In this document: one piece after another, positions 36,165-40,874 of the stretch
Layout: every line of letters begins with the position of its first letter
How positions within the stretch are numbered: the first letter of the stretch is position 1
Assembly (NCBI GenBank): GCA_011109175.1
Contig: RDEW01000092.1
Location: forward strand, 29,777-70,650
Direction of reading: 5' to 3'
Source of the DNA: Dicyema japonicum
Lineage: Eukaryota > Animalia > Dicyemida
DNA length: 40,874 nucleotides
The notes under the pieces: model-generated
Seen by the model: the letters and a program-made list of their open reading frames with translations, nothing else
What the model was told of the DNA's origin: nothing
Database searches by the model: none
Translations under genes and position numbers: made by a program

Positions 36165-36487
36165 CCGGTTTCCAAGACACCGAGAAACTCGAGTGTAGAG
36201 GGGGAGTAGGATCCGGAAGTCTCCATAGCAAGGGGAACAAATTTGACATCATCACGAAGGTCGACGTATTTAACGAGTTTGGCCTTCTCCACTTTTACGG
36301 ATGCTGAACTGGCCCTTGTAGCACTCTCGTGACGATTTTTCTGGGCGAACATGTCTGTACATGTCACATCTTAAACCAGTGGTTTCCCGGCCTCAAATGG
36401 AAATATGGTCATCCCGTCCGGTCGTTTCCCGTCACTTCTGCATAGCCCGACCGGTTCAAGAATGACCGAGTATTCAGCAGCATCCAT
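36165..36487 (-). mobile_element. Best-preserved CRE RLE domain in the window
   Basis: ILEPVGLCRSDGKRPDGMTIFPFEAGKPLV*DVTCTDMFAQ..EKAKLVKY..KFVPLAMETSGSYSPSTLEFL; the only stop seen is at the conserved W. Confidence 0.92.
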
Positions 36488-36710
36488 CTCAAATAACCAG
36501 CAGCGCTCATTAGGGTCTCCTGATCGTGTAGAAATCCGATTTCCTAGACGAGTCAAGAATTCGTCTCAGGCGCATGGAATCAGACGTCTCAACGGCGAGT
36601 GGAACAAACAAAAAATCCTTGGGTAGGACCACGTATTTTCCAGTTTCAACCTTCGGCCTTCTCAGCGTCAGAGCAGGCTCCAGAGGCACTCTGGAGTAGG
36701 TTGCAAGGGG
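36488..36710 (-). mobile_element. CRE RLE 3' fragment interrupted after WLFE
   Basis: KYVVLPKDFLFVPLAVETSDS..TRLGNRISTRSGDPNERCWLFE. Confidence 0.87.
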
Positions 36711-37219
36711 CAGTTTACTAAATATTTGGTATTGTTTCTGATCACCACCATTGAGAGCCTCTGCCTCAATTAAAGTTTTTTGTGTGTTGGATAAAACCGA
36801 ACTATTTCCTTGATCCAATGACGCCACAGAAAGAAGAAAGAGAAATTTTGACACCACATGGCAGTACGCGTCCTAAATCCTTATATAAATGTTTTTTAGC
36901 TATAAAATGTTTCATTTTAGCTTTATAGATAATCTAGTTATCGTTGCACATAGGTTCTGCAGCGAGCACTGCTGAAATTTGAAAAGGAAGAAGTACCACT
37001 GCATCCTAAGAATATGAATACTTGGGCTTCAGCTGTGCACTGCGCCTCATAATCCGTTCTACTAGCTATCTCTATGTAATTTTCCTCCTCACACGTCTCC
37101 ACAGTTCAAAACTTTTCAAGCAGGGTATAATAGACAGCCTGAGAGTACAATAAGGACATAGACACGTCAAATTTTGACTGATTTAAATTAATTTAATGCA
37201 TATTTATTATTAAATTAAT

Positions 37220-37800
37220 TTTGCAATATGGCGAACCTATAATTATATTAATATATTGTTTCGCATGCGTTTGCCACTTTCTTGTGGTTGGCTGTTTGTT
37301 TACTTTTTGTGTATTTTTTTGCTGTGTTGTCATACATTATATTATTGGATTTATCAAATAGTGTTGAAGGTTATTATCAAAATGTCTAATATATTTTATA
37401 TTTTGTTAACCTATAAATATTGATTATTTTCCACTATTTGAGTTGTCCCTATTTATATTCTCTTGCTATTTCTCTTCCATATTATTTATTGGATTTATCA
37501 AATAGTGTTGAAGGTTATTATCAAAATGTCTAATATATTTTATATTTTGTTAACCTATAAATATGGATTATTTTCCACTATTTGAGTTGTCCCTATTTAT
37601 ATTCTCTTGCTATTTCTCTTCCATATTATTTGTATCCCAAATTGTTATGTCCTTACATCGTGATTATACATTGTTTCAATGAATATGATTATTAATGTTT
37701 CCAGGTAAGCAGAAGCTGCATCGAGTGCCACCTCTTTTCGATAAATGTATTTAAATGTAACCAAAATTAGATTTTCTATTCCGCAAATGTAGCCACATCA
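37220..37800 (-). mobile_element. L1/Tx1-like LINE 3' fragment with a 144-nt tandem duplication
   Basis: Minus strand RCSFC...ET...RCKD..IW resembles the C-terminal CCHC of L1/Tx1 ORF2. 37342-37485 is repeated at 37486-37629. Confidence 0.45.
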
Positions 37801-38779
37801 GATTTTCTTCATATTTCACTGAAGCTATTACGCCCTCGTGTTTTTCCACTTTATTGTGGTATCAATGCAGAATTTCGCTCTCTGGTGTAGCCGGCCTTTA
37901 AATATTACATTTAAATTTATTGAACTTTTTTTAAGCCCAAGGAGCACGAAGAAAGAAAGTATTAATTTGCTAAATTAAGTGATCTCAGTCTCCGACATCT
38001 ATCGAATTCCTTTCTAATTTATTGAACCAGAAAACACCGCTATACATAGAATAAAAACAAATTTGTTTATCCTGGCCTCCTTCAGCAGACTTCGTATGCT
38101 CGGACTTTAAGGGAATGCCGTCCAGGAGGAGCTCCTTTGGATGGTTTTGACTAATTGTACTTTTTCAGATATAATATAGGAGTTTCCCTATTTATCTCTT
38201 GGATATAATTCTCTTCAAGCCTATTTGTATCCCAAGATGTTATGTTGTCTGCATCATGTCAAGATTATTTTGGTTATACATTTCTTTTCCACTTTGATGT
38301 GCTTGTCTTCAGTGTTTAAGTATTGAAGCCAAATAGATTGTTGTTTCTTTACAAGGATATCTCTGTTGTCCCACNAAATTCTTTTTTATCAGAACAGATA
38401 TACCTCATTGATTGAGCCGGCCATTAAATAAATATTATAGTTGACAGTGCAATTAATCTATGGAGCTTGACTGATGCTGTTTCTTCTCACAATAGTTATT
38501 GAGATACGCTCTCGAAGCCATCACTTTCACATGGATCTACGGTGACCCTTTTCTTTTAACAATTTTTTTAATTTATGAACATTAAAAATAAGACAATTTA
38601 AATTAAAAGCATGATTAAATAGTTATAGTTTTTGCAATTTGAAAAAGTTTATTCATCAATCAAAATTAGAACAAGTGGTCTCCACTAACATAATCGACGT
38701 TGCATTGCCTTTTACGATTGCAACGGATATTAAATGGAGAAAATTTTTTTTTATTTTAATAAAAAAATACTCCTGGAGA

Positions 38780-38980
38780 TGTCACACATTTTGTGTATAG
38801 CCCGCATGTGTCGAAAAAGAAACAATTTCAGATGTCAAACTCTTCCACACACCACTATCATTAGATAGAACTCTAAAATAATCCTGGTCGTCAGTGGAAT
38901 TCAGTTTTGACTTTACGTTTTTGAGGTCCTTCTGGACGACGACTGGTAATGTAACCCTAGGCATCACACGGAAAAGGTTA
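38780..38980 (-). mobile_element. RTE-like LINE C-terminal fragment
   Basis: PRVTLPVVVQKDL..FRVLSNDSGVWKSL resembles the RPRxT...DL...AxDRxxW end of RTE-group ORFs. Confidence 0.55.
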
Positions 38981-39549
38981 ACGTTGTTTCTCTAAATCTT
39001 TTTAAAAGTGAAAGGATTATCTTTAATTCCTTTACACAAAGATTTAATTTATTAGTAAAAAAAGCAATTTATTAATATTTAATTTATTGGTTTATTTTGG
39101 TGAACCAAATCCGACTAAACCAGTGCGTATAAGTAACTTTGGAGAGCATTTCCAGATAGATTTAAAAGAGACTTTGTTTGTGAATACTTGTAAACGTGTT
39201 AAAACACCGATTTATATTTTTTGCAATTTTTCAACAAAATGATCTCAAATTGCCTTGTTTTTTTAGCATTAATAGTTTCACTTTATTTATGTGAAGTTCT
39301 TAAGTTATGTCCATACAATCCCCGTTCTCGGCTGTTGGGAGATTGTAAAAGATTAATAGTTCAATATTTTCATTAAGATTTCTTTCTTGTGCTGTCTCAA
39401 CCAAAAAATATGCCAAATGAAGAGAAATTTTAACTTTCTATTAAATTTGTTAAAACTTAGTAATAACCTAAATTTCAAATTTCCATAATGGTCAAGTTAA
39501 AAATTATTAATTTTATTAAAAAAAGAAAAGAGAGTAAATGGTCATATAG

Positions 39550-39822
39550 CGGCTGTCCTGACTGCGTGGCTATTCCCTCTCAGGATGGCGAGTGAGATTG
39601 CTCAAATAACCAGCAGCGCTCATGAGGGTCTCCTGATCGTGTAGAAATCCAATTTCCTAGACGACTCAAAAATTCGTTGCAGGCTCTAGGGACCAGACGT
39701 CTTAACGGCGAGTGGAACAAACAAAAAATCCTTGGGTAGGACACGTACTTTTCCAGTTTCAACCTTCGGCCTTATCAGAGTCAGAGCTGGCTCCAGAGGC
39801 ACTCTGGAGTAGGTTGCAATGA
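39550..39822 (-). mobile_element. CRE RLE 3' end (uninterrupted counterpart of 36488-36710)
   Basis: FLSRLGNWISTRSGDPHERCWLFE / ISLAILRGNS. Confidence 0.87.
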
Positions 39823-40094
39823 GCAGTGTATTAAATATTTGGATAATTGAAAAGAAACAAGTAAAGTCTTTTTGTTAAAAGGTCAAAATTGCGTAAACAT
39901 TGTTTCTTATCACCACTATTGCGAGCCTCTGCCTCAATTAAAGTCTTTCGTCTGTTGGATAAAACTAAATTATTTCCTTGATTCAATGACGCCACAGAGA
40001 GAAAAAATAGAAATTTTGACACCACATGGCAGTACGCGTCCTAAAATCCTTATATAAATGTTTTTTAGCTATAAAATGTTTCATTTTAGCTTTA

Positions 40095-40352
40095 TAGACA
40101 ATCTAGTTATTGTTGCACATAGGTTCTGAGCGAGCACTGCTGAAATTTGAAAAGGAGGAAGTACCACGGCATCGTGGACTGATTCTTTTTTCCAGCCGAT
40201 CACTGTTTAGACATCTGGCGTTATTAAGCCCGAGCATGTCTGGGTTTATCAGGTAAATCGGACGGTTTACAGGAAAAAGGAAGGGTGAACCTAGAATGGC
40301 GCAATGGCTTTTCCAGAACATTGGGATCGTGATTATGAGAGGTAACTACCCC
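40095..40352 (+). mobile_element. CRE RLE 3' fragment (shorter counterpart at 36925-37003)
   Basis: FFQPITV*TSGVI..IGRFTGKRKGEPRMAQWLFQNIGIVIMRGNY. Confidence 0.8.
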
Positions 40353-40874
40353 CTAAGAATATGAATACTTGGGCTTCAGCTGTGCACTGCGCCACATAAC
40401 CCGTTCTACTAGCTATCTCTATGTAACTTTCTTCCTCACACGTCTCCACAGTTCAAAACTTTTCAAGCAGGGTATAATAAACAGACTGAGAGTACAATAA
40501 GGACGTAGACACGTCAAATTTTGACTGTTTTAAATTAATTTAATGCATATTTATTATTAAATTAATTTTGCAATATGGCGAACCTATAATTATATTAATA
40601 TATTATTTCGCATGCGTTTGCCACTTTTTTGTGGTTGGCTGTTTGTTTACTTTGGTGTATTTTTTTGCTGTGTTGTCATACATTATATTATTGGATTAAT
40701 CAAATAGTGTTGAAGGTTATTATCAAAATGTCTAATATATTTTATATTTTGTTAACCTATAAATATGGATTATTTTTCACTATTTGAGTTGTCCCTATTT
40801 ATATTCTTTTGCTATTTCTCTTCCACATTATTTGTATCCCAAATTGTTATGTCCCTACATCGTGATTATACATT

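Larger units (their letters stand above)
35084..37672. repeat. About 2.5-kb block duplicated at 38383-40874 with large indels
   Basis: 35084-36163 versus 38383-39273, and 36488-37672 versus 39601-40874. n at 36164 and 38375. Confidence 0.93.

Noticed and set aside
40103-40321. Minus ORF with CAILGSP (and plus-strand VILGSP at about 28740) as an RT motif
   Set aside because: Antisense shadow of the RLE GEPxM segment on the other strand.

Overview
AT-rich eukaryotic, repeat-dominated window with no intact protein-coding gene that I can support. All translations and comparisons were done by eye, so coordinates are approximate. Four components: (1) More than 20 degenerate, mostly 5'-truncated fragments of CRE-type non-LTR retrotransposons (restriction-like endonuclease, RLE) on both strands. 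They come from several divergent subfamilies and are recognisable by RPDGxTxxPxxxGKxLxWDxTCxDT and WLFxRISLAIxRGN. (2) Other retroelement debris: a gag+APE LINE at 450-2140, several RT, APE and 3'-end scraps, a tRNA-like SINE family and a weak Penelope-like remnant. (3) Short pseudogenised host-gene pieces that still carry 17-27 nt GT-AG introns: a cGMP-dependent protein kinase catalytic domain, two RUVBL1 fragments and an unidentified multi-exon piece. (4) Many direct duplications from about 90 bp to 4.3 kb. Seven of the eight single-n positions and the 480-nt N gap sit at duplication edges, so much of this redundancy is probably uncollapsed haplotype or an assembly artefact. I found no convincing new biological system. 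The best leads are the ultra-short introns, the apparently target-unspecific CRE swarm and the DNA-level shuffling of gene fragments.
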